DNA from: the human T2T-CHM13v2.0 reference genome, Homo sapiens | Strand: one strand, 5' to 3' | Length of the DNA: 64,000 bases | NCBI RefSeq assembly: GCF_009914755.1 | Contig: NC_060947.1 | Part shown: in pieces, positions 25,501 through 38,670 of the stretch | Layout of the letters: the number at the start of each line of letters is the position of its first letter | How positions within the stretch are numbered: position 1 is the stretch's first letter | Translations under genes and position numbers: made by a program | The notes under the pieces: generated by a model | Databases searched by the model: none | Told to the model about the DNA's origin: nothing | The model's input: the letters and a program-made list of their open reading frames with translations, nothing else

Positions 25501-27307
25501 AGCTCCAAGATTCTTTCCTTGGCTTGGACTATTCTGTTGTTAATGCTTCAAAATGTATTAGGTAATTTTTGTAGTAATTTTTTCAATTCCAGAAGTTCCA
25601 TTTGGTTCTTTCTTAAAGTGGCTATTTTGTCTTCTTTCTACTTTTGGATAGTTTTACTGGATACCTTGGATTGGGTTTCAACTTTTACCTGTATCTTGAT
25701 CAGCTTCCTTGCCATCCAGATTCTGAACTTTATGGCTTTCATTTAAGTCATTTCAATTTGGTTAAGAACCATTGCAGAGGAGTTGCCTTGTTTGAAGATA
25801 AAGGGAAACTCTGACTTTTTGAATTGCCAGAGTTCTAGCACTGATTCTTTCTCATCTGAGCAGGCATGTGCTCCTTTGTGTTTTGGATTTGCTGTAATTT
25901 CTATGAGGCTTTTTGTTTTGATATTCTTTATTTCCCTTTAGGGTTTAACTGTTGTGCAAGTTGAGTATAGTTAATTAGCTTTGTTTCTAGGTGCTTCCAG
26001 AGGGCCAAGGCTCTGTATGGGATCTTTATTTGTGGCTAGATTCTTACCTTGGGTTTCACAGGCAATGTGTATTGGCAGAATACTTTTGGTATTGTAATTT
26101 GGGCAGTGATCGAGTAGATGAGTAATGGTTGGCAGAGAGTATTACTCTGCTCTGTGGCTTTTTTATATTTCTGCACATTTGCAGTGGTACTCTGTGGGGG
26201 ACCAGGGGAGAGAGATGACACCCTAGCCAGGTCCATTCCCAGGCCTTAGGGTAGCCCCACTTGATCACTGGCACTGCATCCACATTTCATTTGTTAGATG
26301 TTCTAGGCCATGGGGCTCTCTCAGGCAGAGATTTTGTCTAGCAGACAGGCCTCACCCTTCCTGGACAGGCCCTGGAGACAGAGGTGTGCCCTGCTTCTGC
26401 ACTGGCCTATGAACTCACACCTAACACTCAGTGTATTGAGACTGGGGGCTCCTCCCCAGATTGAGTTCTGGCAAAAATCTCAACTCAGAACTCCTGAGTG
26501 TGTGCTGCAACCTTGGGGCATTGGAACCATGCCTGTGGCTTTGTCCTCTACCTCCTTGGGATCAGGCACCTGTTGTGCTAGGAGAGCTGAAGTGTTCCCA
26601 GGCTGTGGGGAAAGCACTCCAGCAGGGCCACTGGCAAGACTGTCAGGCCAATCAGTGGAGGCTGTGCTGTGTGAACACAGTTGCAGAATCAGCCAGGCAA
26701 GAGCCTTGTAGGGATTGTGGACAGGAAGACATGCAGAACAGATGTGTCCAGAGAGCCTTGGGGGAATGGGTGCCTATGGCCACATTTTGTTGCAGCTGTT
26801 CCACATGTAAAACCCCCTGGGGTCCTTGCAGGCTAGAGCTCTGTCTTTGTCTATTCTTTGGGCAGATCCTCCTGACAATTGAAATGACTGCAAGAGTCGT
26901 GAGATCTCTTGTAGCTAGGATGCCAGAGGTACATGGTGAGAGTGGGTTGCCCTGCTGTCACTTCACTCACCCATTCCTTAGGAGGTGTTCAGGACCAGGA
27001 ACTAATCCTGGTGCTTGGCACACCAATGCAGTTTTCCCAGCTTTCTCCCTATTCAGCCTTAGTATCTGTGTTACCTATCAAATCTCAGTGTTTTCTCTCC
27101 AAAGATCTGTTTGAAGTACAAACAGATAGTGGAGAATTTGCTGGTTTGTTTATTAGATATTTTGGTCTTTTGTGGTGGGAGAAGTACTTCCTGGATGTGT
27201 CTACTTGGCCATCTTGTCCCTCTCTCCAGAAACTACTTTCAAAGAGGACCAGATGGTGTATTTAGAAGATAAAGACTTCAAAGTAGCTATAATAAATATG
27301 TTTATAG

Positions 27308-27436
27308 GGCTGGGCTCAGTGGCTCATGCCTGTAACCCCGACACTTTGAGAGGTCATCATGGGATGATTGCTTGAGACCAGGAATTTGAGGCCAGCCTGG
27401 GCAACATAGTGAGAATACAAAGAACTAAAAAAAAAA
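27308..27436 (+). mobile_element. Monomeric Alu (FLAM-like)
   Basis: ggctgggctcagtggctcatgcctgtaa...cagcctgggcaacatagtgaga plus A tail; single monomer. Confidence 0.8.
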
Positions 27437-27695
27437 CCATGCTTAAGGAAGCAATGGAAGACGATGTCAGTGAAAATATACAACAACCTCCAGAAATGCT
27501 CTATGCCATAAAAGAAAAAGGAAATCTGGCCAAAAAAAATCAAAATTAACTTTATCAGGACTCTCAAAATTAATAAACTTTTACAGCCATCAGAGAGCAT
27601 TTATTTAGGAAAAACAGCTAAATCAGCAAGATTTGTGGCATTTGAAATTGTTCTGTTCTCATCTCTGTCTCTCCAACTATGCAATAGAATTTTAA

Positions 27696-28327
<632 letters not shown>

Positions 28328-31300
28328 CTTAAAACAATCTGGGTAAAACCCAGGAGCCTGGCAGCAACTAGAAGACAAAACAAGGTTAGAGCTCCTTCAA
28401 AGCCACATTGTCGTTATAATTGTCATTGTTTGATTTGTCTGTTGATTCTGTGGAAAACTCCACTTGCAAGGATGCCTTTTAAAACTTGACTCGTAGCTCA
28501 ACCAATTTGCAAATCCTTTTTCCTGGGAACATTTGTCGAAAATAATGTGTGGAAATTGTTTAATATCACAACTACCTGAGGTGGCTATAATAGTTCAGGC
28601 AGACAAGAAATTGACCAAAAATGATAAAAGGAAAAACTGAGAAATAAATTGTCCATAGTGGGCTTTGAAAATTTGTTATATGTTCCTGGGAATCTAGAAA
28701 GCCACAGGCATGTGTAGGGCTTTGTACATGCCCAAGGCTGTACGCATGTGAAGGAAAGACCTGAGAAAATCCTGAGCCCTCAGTACTGGCTAACCTTAAA
28801 ACTCTGTGTAAGCAGGAACTGGGGGCTAAGGACGAGCTATAAATTGCCTACCAGAACATTGAAGAGGTGTCCAAACACAGACAAAGAGCCTCTCAGTGAA
28901 AACTAGGAGACTTACTAGTTTCATGTTTGTAACGAAACCTCTGTTTAAATGTTAACTGACCACTAAGATAAATGAGCAGAGACTTCAGTGACCACATATG
29001 AAAAGAATACAGACTTTATAGAATTAAATCAGAAAAGCCACTAAGCAAAAGACAATAACATCAACAGCAAATAATAGCAACAATGAACACCTTGGCAGGA
29101 GGGAGTATCTAATTTCCAGAGTTACCACATTATATTATTTTCAATGTCACGTTTTCAATAAAAAATTATAAGACATGCAAAGAAACAAGAAAATATTGCC
29201 TATCATGGAAAAAATCACTTGAAACTATCCATTAAGAAGCCAGATGTTGCATTTACATAGCCTTTAAATTGGCTATTTTAAGTATGCTCAAAGAACTAAA
29301 GAACTAAAGGAAAGGATGAGAGTTGTGGCTTATGGAATAAAGAACATTATTAAAGAAAGAGAAATTACTTTTAAGAGAAACTACAGTAATTCTGAGGTAA
29401 AAAAGATAATAACTAGATTTAAATTTCTCAACAGCCGATGTAAGCAAATGGAAGAAAGAATCAACAAATTGCAAAGAAGGTCCGTTGAGTTTATCTATTC
29501 TGAGGAACAGAAAGAAAAAAGAATGAAGAAAAATAAACAGAGCCTCAGAACATTCTGTTCTGTTTATGGGGACTCCACAAGGAGAGGGAGGAAAGTGGCA
29601 GGAATGATAGCTGAAGAAATGTCTGAAAACTTCCCAGATTTGATTAAAAATATCAATCTGTACATCAAAGAAGCTCAGCAAATGCCAAATAGTGAAAAAT
29701 AAGAGATCCAAACCTTGACACATAATAATCAAACTGTCAAGGGCCATAGAAAAAAATAATCTTGAAAGCAGTAAAAAAGAAACATGTCAGGGGGATCCTC
29801 AATTAAAAATTATCAACTGATTTCTCATCAGAAATTATAGAGGCCAGAAGGCAATGGGATGACATATTCCAAGTAACAAAAAAACACTGTCAGCTGAGAA
29901 TTATTTTATCCAGCAAAACCATTCTTCAAAAATGAAGGAAAAGCAATATATTCCCATACAAGCAAAAACCCAAAGAATTTGTCACTGCAAAACCTGTTCT
30001 ACAAGAAATACTAAAGGGAGTCCTACAAGAAATACTAAAGGAGTCCTTCAGGCTGAAATTTAAGGACTCTATACAGCATCCCAAATCCATTTGAAGAAAT
30101 AAAGATCACCAGTAAAGGTAACTATACAGGTAAATATTAATTAAATTTCTGGGGGAAACCTAAGGGGAAAAACTCAGAAAATATAGTAAAAGTAACTAAA
30201 ATGGAATTAAAATGTTACTGTAGAAAATATTTTACACAGAAGAAGGCAGGAATGGAGGAACAGAAGAACAAAAAACATAAGACATAGAAACAAATAGCAA
30301 AATAGCTAATGTAAATTCTAACTTATGAATTACATTAAATGTAAGTGCATTAAATATTCCAGCTAAAAGCAGAGATTGGCAGAATGTATAAAAAGATACA
30401 ACCATGTGTGGTTTACAAGAGTCACAGTTTAGAATCAAATACACAAATAGGTCAAAAATGAAAGGACAGAAAAAGATATTTCATACAATTAGTAACCAGA
30501 AGACAGTTTATATTAATATAAGACAAAATACTTATGAATGTAAAATTTATGATCTTGGGTTAGTCAACAGTTTCTTGTATATAATACCAAAAGCACAAGC
30601 AAGAAAAAATATAGATGAATTGGATTTTTTTCTATATTAAATACTTATGCTGCATATTATACTCTCAAGATAGTGAAAAGACAACCCATGGAATTGATGA
30701 AAATATTTGCAAATCTTGTCTCTGATAAGGGACTTGTGAACATGTGAAAATCTCTTGCAATTCAACTATAAAAAGACAACTCACTTAAAAAATGGAAAAA
30801 AATTGAATGGACATTTCTTCAAACAAGATGTATAAATGGCCAATAAGCACATAAAAATTGCTAAAAAACATTAGTTATTAGGGAATACAAATCAAAACTC
30901 CAATTGGATACCACTTTCCACCACCTAGGATGGCCATAATCCAAGAGATGAACAATAACAAATGGCAACGAGGATGGGGAGAAAGTGGAACCGTCATACA
31001 CTACTAGGAATGTATGATGGTGCTTTTGCTTTAGAAAACAGTATGGCAATTCCTTAAGCATAGAGTTATCATGTGACCTATCAATTCCACTCCTAGGTAT
31101 ATACTCAAAAGAAATGAATACATGTACCTTACACACTTGTACACAGACGTTCACAGCAGCATTATTCACAATAGCCAAAAATTGAAAACAACCCAAATGT
31201 CCAACTGATTAATCAATAAATAAAATGTATATCCATACAACTCGATATTATTTAGCAACCAAAAGGAATGAAGTCTTGACTCATGCTAAATCATGCTTGC

Positions 31301-31389
31301 ATCCTGCAAACATTATGCAAAATGAAAAATCCAGACACAAAAGACTATATGTTGTATTATTTCATTTATATGAAATATCCAAAATAGAC

Positions 31390-31670
31390 TTCTGCTGAAG
31401 CTATTCATAATTACTTTATATTTGGTTTTGCTAAATGGCTGGAATGTAATTTGTGGTCATATTGCTACCGTGAGGGTAGACCTTACCTGATTAAGATGTC
31501 TACACAGGAAAGAGCAGAGCCAAGATATAAAGAAAGACATATTTATAAAGGCATATTTTGAACACACAAATCCATCTGGATACCAAGTAACCCCATTTAA
31601 GTGAATTTAAAAAGTCCCAGTTTACATTGGGTCTCTTGTCACATGAAACAGAAAGAGTCCTAACTAATGT
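31390..31670. mobile_element. Possible MLT1-type LTR remnant
   Basis: Ends tgggtctcttgtcacatgaaacagaaagagtcctaactaatg, which resembles an MLT1 3' terminus. Confidence 0.45.
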
Positions 31671-31925
31671 GGTTGGTTAAAAAAACAATTATTTGTTTTT
31701 CACTTCCAAGGTAATTAATATATTGTAAATTCAGGAAAGATGTGCTTCAGGATTTTTTTGACCACAATAGTGATGTCTTTTTGTGAATATTCATTCTTCA
31801 GTAGAATAACTGGCCAGCAGAAAACACCAAACTCTGTCTAGCTTGTATATACCAATTAAACATGAAATAACTTGGATTATATGATCATAATTTTTATATT
31901 CAAATTTCATTTAAAAATACATTAC

Positions 31926-32008
31926 TTTTTAGTGGTAATAGTAGTCCTTCCACCAGTGGAGGGTTGGTTATGAGAGGAATATATTTCTTGCCGCAACTTG
32001 GAGAGTTC
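31926..32008 (-). CDS. POF1B: POF1B exon 15, 83 nt: ELSKLRQEIYSSHNQPSTGGRTTITTK(K)
   Basis: ttgtaag|GAA CTC...AAA AA|gtaatg; phase 0 in, phase 2 out. Confidence 0.93.
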
Positions 32009-32862
32009 CTTACAAATAAAAGATAATATAATCATTTGATGGAAAGTAGAAACATGAGATAATAAATATATTTAATCATTTAGAAGGGTTACTAACAATG
32101 ATTATACCCCCTCCCTTTTACCCCTTTTTAGCCTTGACGTAATAATGTTCTAATCCCACTTGTTGAATATCACCTAGTGTTGCTTCACAGTACCTAATAA
32201 GTTATATTATATGCCGGTGCAGGAACCTGCAACTGATACAGGATATCTAAATTTGGAGGATAACTTGAGATTGAATGGGCGTGGTTCTCAGGATGAGGAT
32301 GTGAAAGTTTTTGCTCTGAAAAGCCTGAAAAGTATATCCATAGAAGAAAAGTATTGAAACTTCAATATATAAGCAGATATAGTTTCTTAAGAGAGAGTTT
32401 ATCAATGAATGTTACTACAAGCACCATTTGCTCCATAACAGCAATACAATATTACCCATAATTTTTGACAATTCCTTCAGTACCTATTGAATGCCAGGTC
32501 ATGGGCTACATGCTACAGATACAAGGAGGAATATAACACATGCTTTAATGAAGCAGCTCATAATGTAGTAAGGAGGTCACAGTCTACTGGGAATTTCACT
32601 GCTAATGAAATATAAAATCAATGTCTTAAAAATATTAAATGTATAACAGCACTTATTTTTTGCTTCAATTGTAACTTTCATTTGAATTGTTTCTCCTGAA
32701 ATATGTATATTCTACTTCCTCACTTGCACCTACATTTTATTTCATTAAATAAAGTGACTCTTGGATATGTGTCCTTTTCTAGTCCATGGGAAGTATTTAT
32801 CCTACAGTACTACAGTACTAAGTTGTATTACTTTTCTCCATCCCCACCCCTTCCTTTTATAC

Positions 32863-32991
32863 CTCTGACTGACGCTTTATGAGGGAATCCTTCTCTTCCA
32901 GCAAGCTTGTCAGTTCATGAAGCTTAAATTGGAAGTCACTACAACTTCCTTCTCTCTTTGAAACATCTTTATGGTACTGGTTTAATTGGGA
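32863..32991 (-). CDS. POF1B: POF1B exon 14, 129 nt: SQLNQYHKDVSKREGSCSDFQFKLHELTSLLEEKDSLIKRQSE
   Basis: ccttag|TCC CAA...TCA GAG|gtataa; open in frame. Confidence 0.93.
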
Positions 32992-33014
32992 CTAAGGATT
33001 TAAAAAGAAATAAA

Positions 33015-33540
33015 TATTATTATAATCTTCATATAGAAAATGTGTAACTGAGTTCCAGGGAGGTTAAGTGACACAAACTCACACAGTTATGAAATGAAAG
33101 TAAAATACCAATAGTCATAAACGTTCTAAGAATTTCATGAGTATGTAATATGAAATGAAATGCCAATTACAAATTTCTCCTTTTTTTAAGGTGTCTTTGC
33201 TATGTAGGACTAAACATTATCTACGTAACAGTCTTAGGCCACAAAATTTAAAGTAAAGCTAAGAAAACAGGCACTTTAGAGTCCTTGAAATAATAATTAA
33301 GGAAATAGCAATAACAAATTACTACTATTATATTCTGATTTTCAGTTCACAAAATATTCCTCCTGCATGAATTATCTCAGTTCTCACAGCAGTCCCATGA
33401 AATAAGCATTATTATAATCTTCATTTACAAAACAGATAATGGGCTCCAGAGAGGTTAAATGACACAGTCACGCAGTAACATAGCTGCAACTCCAAAACAG
33501 GTCTTCTGACTACAAATCTTGTCCATTTCCCTCTTTACCT
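33015..33540 (-). mobile_element. Two MIR core fragments
   Basis: aactgagttccagggaggttaagtgac (~33047) and gggctccagagaggttaaatgac...caggtcttctgactacaaatc (~33441-33520). Confidence 0.6.
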
Positions 33541-34310
33541 CATATGTGTGTAGCTTAGGTAGAAGTGCTGTTAGTAATGTTGGAATGGAAAAGAAATCAG
33601 TGGAGGAAATCTGCTAGAAGTATTGGTAGGTTTGGAAAACAAATTATATTTTGTTTCATTTTGATTTTTGGTAAAAATTATACAGTGATGTTTGGAGAGA
33701 CAAATTTGTGATTATTTTGTTTATTAAAATATTTAAGTATATTTTACTACCTTTAGGAATCAGTAAAATAAGGGTTAGATTAAGTAAATTCAACCTAGAA
33801 TTACAAGTTAAGGCAATATATACTTATAAATATCACCTTAATTTTGATGTCAACTATAGGTACCTAAAACTTAACACTGTTTTCCTCCTCATGCTTGACA
33901 AAGTCCTTGCTATTCATCATCCCTCGAAATTAAGTGAGAATTTTTACAAATCTAACTATGGCTCTGTTGAGTAATTTCATATATTGCTTTTGCCTACATA
34001 AGCATGCTTTAGGCAAGATCATGAAGAGTCCTCCATCTATCCCAAAAAATAAATTAATAAAAACCAAAACCAAACCACTGAAATGAATATCTTCTTTTAC
34101 TTTCCTAGAAGAAATTAAGCTAAATTAGAAAATCATTTAACAGTTATATTTTAGATACAGTAATGTATTTAAAACAAATGAATACATGACATATTTCTAA
34201 AACTCTACCTTCAGCTAATTTTTTCTGGTAGCTTTAAACTTGAAGCCATCATTATCTTGCTAGAAAGTTTGTGCTGACCTGTGTATTTATGCAATGTAGG
34301 ATCAACATAC

Positions 34311-34430
34311 CCTCAGTCTGCAGATCTCTCTATCTTTCTCCATTCTCAAGTTTTTTACCATCTCCGTGTAGTGGTTGCCAATCTCATCCATTTTAGCCTG
34401 CAACATTGGGCCTGTGCAAGTCTCAGAAAC
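34311..34430 (-). CDS. POF1B: POF1B exon 13, 120 nt: VSETCTGPMLQAKMDEIGNHYTEMVKNLRMEKDREICRLR
   Basis: ttctgtag|GTT TCT...CTG AGG|gtatgt. Confidence 0.93.
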
Positions 34431-34700
34431 CTACAGAAGGCAAAATAACTATCTGTAATTGGATTGTTTTGAAGAAAATACATGTTATGTTACAAGGATT
34501 GTTATTAGATGAAAACCACATGATTAAATAAGACATTGAAATAATGAAAGTGATTTTCAGGAACTGCATTATAAAGCTCAAATGTCAGTGATTAAGATCT
34601 AACAGTATGTGAGGGAAAGCAGTCCATATGTTTTCTAAATGCTAGGATTACAATGATGTAACTAAGGTAATACTGTATATTTAAAAGGAAGTTTTAATAC

Positions 34701-34853
34701 CTGCATTCTAAGGTTTTGATTCTCTTGCTCTAAATTACGTTTACAATATTCCAGTTCTTTTAGTCTGTATTCCATGTCTGATAGTGTATGTCGAAGAGAG
34801 AGATTGTTTTCTTCCAATGCCTGGCATTTTGAACTTGAGTCTTGAAGTCCTTG
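34701..34853 (-). CDS. POF1B: POF1B exon 12, 153 nt: QGLQDSSSKCQALEENNLSLRHTLSDMEYRLKELEYCKRNLEQENQNLRMQ
   Basis: tttacag|CAA GGA...ATG CAG|gtatta; lies within ORF 34662-34889; coiled-coil heptads. Confidence 0.95.
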
Positions 34854-35682
34854 CTGTAAAGAAGACACAAGTACATAAGACAAATGCATTTTGTTTTTGG
34901 TGAGGGAGTGTTCTTTTTATTGATTCATTCAATTGAATCAAGTAAATATTTTCCTATGCCCAGTTTTCTTATACTCTGCGTCTTAGATGGTACATTAAGT
35001 CACCCATGTAAGATATTATAGTGTTGCCTCTAGTCTCACTCGTCTATTTTGTGAGAGAGGGAATCATGACTAGATGAATTTATAATGTCTCAATTTAACA
35101 ATCAGACTCTTGCTACTCTGTGACAATACTGTACCCTGCTTTCTAGTAGGCACAGAAACGACCATATGCCTGATTATTTACATGACAACTAGTAACTGAG
35201 CAAGAATTTGGGACAGCCATAGGAGTAAAGATCAGGAAGAGGGTAATCCTTAGAGACTACTTACAATTTCCTAGGAATTCTCTCTGCTCAGACATCCAGA
35301 GAATTCATCTAGAGTTTTTTCAGTCATTTATTTATTGCACAAACATGTATTAAGGTCTACAACAGCTTTTCTCATTGACATGTTAGTACATTAAATAAAT
35401 GCATGAACCTAGATTTTTAGTATTTCTACAATTCTGGTCACCCAACAAGACAAATAATTGTGTCCCATATGTACTTTATATCTAAAATAGATAAGATTAT
35501 CTGTTTTTCTGAGAGGGCTTTCAGCCATTAGAAATACCCAAAGCCACTCAATTCTCATATGAACAAATTTTTCCATCATATTTAATTCTGTCTTGATTAT
35601 ATCTCATAACTCCAATGTGCCAGTAATTGTGTATATGAAAAGCTATCAATGTAGATTAACACCAATAAAAGCATCAGTTTAC

Positions 35683-35796
35683 CTGCTGCTGGTGATTATT
35701 TGCTCTCACTGATGCCAAGAGTTCTTCGTACTCTTTTAATTGAGTGTCTTTGAATGATAAATCTTTCTCAAGTCTCATCTTGTCATTTTCCAGTGA
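35683..35796 (-). CDS. POF1B: POF1B exon 11, 114 nt: SLENDKMRLEKDLSFKDTQLKEYEELLASVRANNHQQQ
   Basis: cttctag|TCA CTG...CAG CAG|gtaaac. Confidence 0.93.
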
Positions 35797-36643
35797 CTAG
35801 AAGCATAAATTATTTATTATGATTCAGAATTGCAAAAACTTAACAGTCACATAATACAAAGACTTGCTTACCTTGGAAGATTTAAATAAGCACTTGTTTC
35901 ATTTGTACTTGCTTAATAAAGCAGAATTCTTAAAAGTTAAGAAAATACGGGATAGGAAATGATTGAAACTTCTAAAACCTTCATTGAAAGAGACATTTTG
36001 ATGGACTAACTATACATGAAATGAAGCACAACCCTCTGAAATGTTTTAATGTTTTCCTCCAATCTACAAAGAGTCCTCGTTAATCCCAGCGAGTGGTAAA
36101 TTTTTAAATTAGAGTCTAAATATGTTCATCATAACCCAGAAACAACAAAACTACTCCAAAGTCCTCAAGGCATTATTCAATGTGTGGAAAGCATTCTGAA
36201 TGTATCTAGCTGATGGCACCAAGAACACCAATTAAAATAGAAAATGGAAAAAAATTAATTTTTTGGAGAAAAATGTTTTCAAGTTATTATATTTGAATGG
36301 AAATTCAGAGTATGCTTTATAATTATGAAAAAGGGGGAATTTACCTCCAATGAGTCAGATTATTTTAACTTTGCAGATGACTCTCTGGCTTTAAGCATTA
36401 AATTGCCTTAGTGGTAAACTAAATGATAAGTGCACATCCAACATTCTTTCATTTATACTTTGGATACCTCTTTTCTCCTCTCTCAATGCCAATTAACTGT
36501 TTGAAGAAAATAATTTAGCTTTGTCTGAATAAGCATAATATTGTGCTATATTAAATTTTAAAAACATATACTGGACATCTTTATTTCTGTATTAGGAAGC
36601 TAGTAACTAGAAAGGCTTTGGAAAAAATCAAAATAAATCTTAC

Positions 36644-36736
36644 TGTCAAATCATTTTGAAGATGTCCAAGCTCCTCCCGTATGTTGCTAAATGTGGACAG
36701 CACTAGTCGGAGTGACTTATCAGACATACCCCTCAT
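36644..36736 (-). CDS. POF1B: POF1B exon 10, 93 nt: MRGMSDKSLRLVLSTFSNIREELGHLQNDLT
   Basis: ctttcttcctgcag|ATG AGG...TTG ACA|gtaaga. Confidence 0.93.
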
Positions 36737-37180
36737 CTGCAGGAAGAAAGGATTAATGGTTTAGTTTTATTAACATTTGAAAATAGGCAATATAAGTGAA
36801 AGTTTTTTTTTTCCTACTAGCAAACTTATTAATAATTTTACTTTGATATGGCAAATTAGAAAGGTGATATAAGGCATTTTGTCAATAGTGTGTTTAAGTA
36901 ATCCAAATAATATTCCTGAAGATAGCATAGCTAGTATTTATAACAAATATTTATTATTTTTTCCATGATAAAGTATCATCTTTGTCACAAAGTAGAATTC
37001 TATCAGCAAAATTTAATTTTTACATTATTCTTTATTTAAAAGATTAGAAGAGATGAGACAGTCAATAATCAAATAATAAAATGAATCTCCCTAAGTGTAT
37101 TGCCAACTGCCTGAATTTTGCCTGAGGTGAGAAGAATATAATTATAATTAAGTTTAACTTTAAAGTATAGAGCTATCTAA

Positions 37181-37497
<317 letters not shown>

Positions 37498-37618
37498 TAT
37501 CTCAAATTTTAAAGAGAGGGGAAACTCTTTTACTAGATTATTCTTATTTCTTTAAAGAAAAATGGTTTAAAAAACAGACAACTTCAGCTTCTGGGAAGAT
37601 GGAGTAAAAATACTTTCC

Positions 37619-37909
37619 ACAACCAATCAGACGTTGTTTAAGGTTTAACTTTGTAACTTCAGCCTCTGATTGGTCACTTTCTGCAACCAATCCGACTGAT
37701 AACGGGCCACTACTTCATTTACATAGAGTGTACACCAAGTTACCAATGGGAAACCTCTAGAGGACATTTAAACCACATAAAATTATATAACTGTGCACTT
37801 GAGCCAATTGCTCAGCCCACTCCCACCCTGTGGAGTGTGCTTTCATTTTCAATAAATCTCTACTTTTGTTGCTTCACAAAAAAAAAAAAGAAAGAAAAAA
37901 GAAAAAAAA
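37619..37909 (+). mobile_element. Partial MER57-like (ERV1) LTR with poly(A) tail and TSD
   Basis: ccaatgggaaacctctag...ctcccaccctgtggagtgtgctttcattttcAATAAAtctctacttttgttgcttc then an A-rich tail from 37878. Confidence 0.8.
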
Positions 37910-38593
37910 TACTTTTCCCTAGCCTTCCTGTTAATTGCAGCTAAAAACCCTGGACATTATATATAAAACAAATATAAAAAGACCCAAATTGGTGAAAAGA
38001 GAAATGATTGGTTAGGAATCTTGGGACCTGAGAAATGACACAGCAGTGAGTTCCTGGATTTTCTTTTTGCTTCATATATTAGATCAGTGTTGGGCAAGCT
38101 GGTGATCTAGTTACATCAATGGACAACAAAAGTCCTGAGAAAAGCCTTCTCTCTCTAACCAAAGGACCATGAAAGGGTCAGCCTAGCAGGACAGAAAACT
38201 TTTAGATAGTAACCACTCTATCTTAGCCAAACACCACAGAAGAAATTGCAACTCTACTTCCACACGGACCACCAAAGGCCAAGAAGAGAGCTTAGACTGC
38301 CCCCTTGTCAGGCTCTAGGGAGGTACACAACACCATTCACTGGGATGGTGTCAGAAAAGACAGAGTGAAGAATGGTGCTTTCATTCCTACTGGCCAAAAA
38401 TGAAATTCCATGCACTGTGATGTCAGTTGAGACTGTGAAGGGAGCTTGGGCTTTCACCCTATCGCATCAAGAGAAGCTGAGTGGGGGAACCTCAACTTCC
38501 ACCACCAGCTGGCAGTAATAGGTAGTGCACACACTTTCTCTGATATTTGAATATTTGAATGAGACCCAGAGAGTCACAACATAAAAATGGCCA

Positions 38594-38670
38594 GGTCTCC
38601 CATCCAAGTACTAGCCAGGCTCAATCCTGCTTAGCTTCTGAGATCAAACAAGATCAGACATGTTCAGGGT
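38594..38670 (-). pseudogene. 5S rRNA pseudogene fragment (internal ~77 nt)
   Basis: Reverse complement ACCCTGAACATGTCTGATCTTGTTTGATCTCAGAAGCTAAGCAGGATTGAGCCTGGCTAGTACTTGGATGGGAGACC matches the 5S rRNA core; most differences are CpG-decay changes. Confidence 0.92.

Noticed and set aside
26310-27265. ORFs of 133, 217 and 110 aa
   Set aside because: They are antisense to a GC-richer L1 5' UTR where stop codons are scarce, with no recognisable domain.
34209-34259. 51-nt exon-like segment (ctttctag|CAAGAT...CTGAAG|gtagag) with an in-frame TAG
   Set aside because: It lies only 51 nt from the exon 13 donor, too short for a normal human intron, and its donor is weak.
38594-38670. Functional 5S rRNA gene
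   Set aside because: Both ends are missing and CpG decay is heavy; called as a pseudogene fragment.
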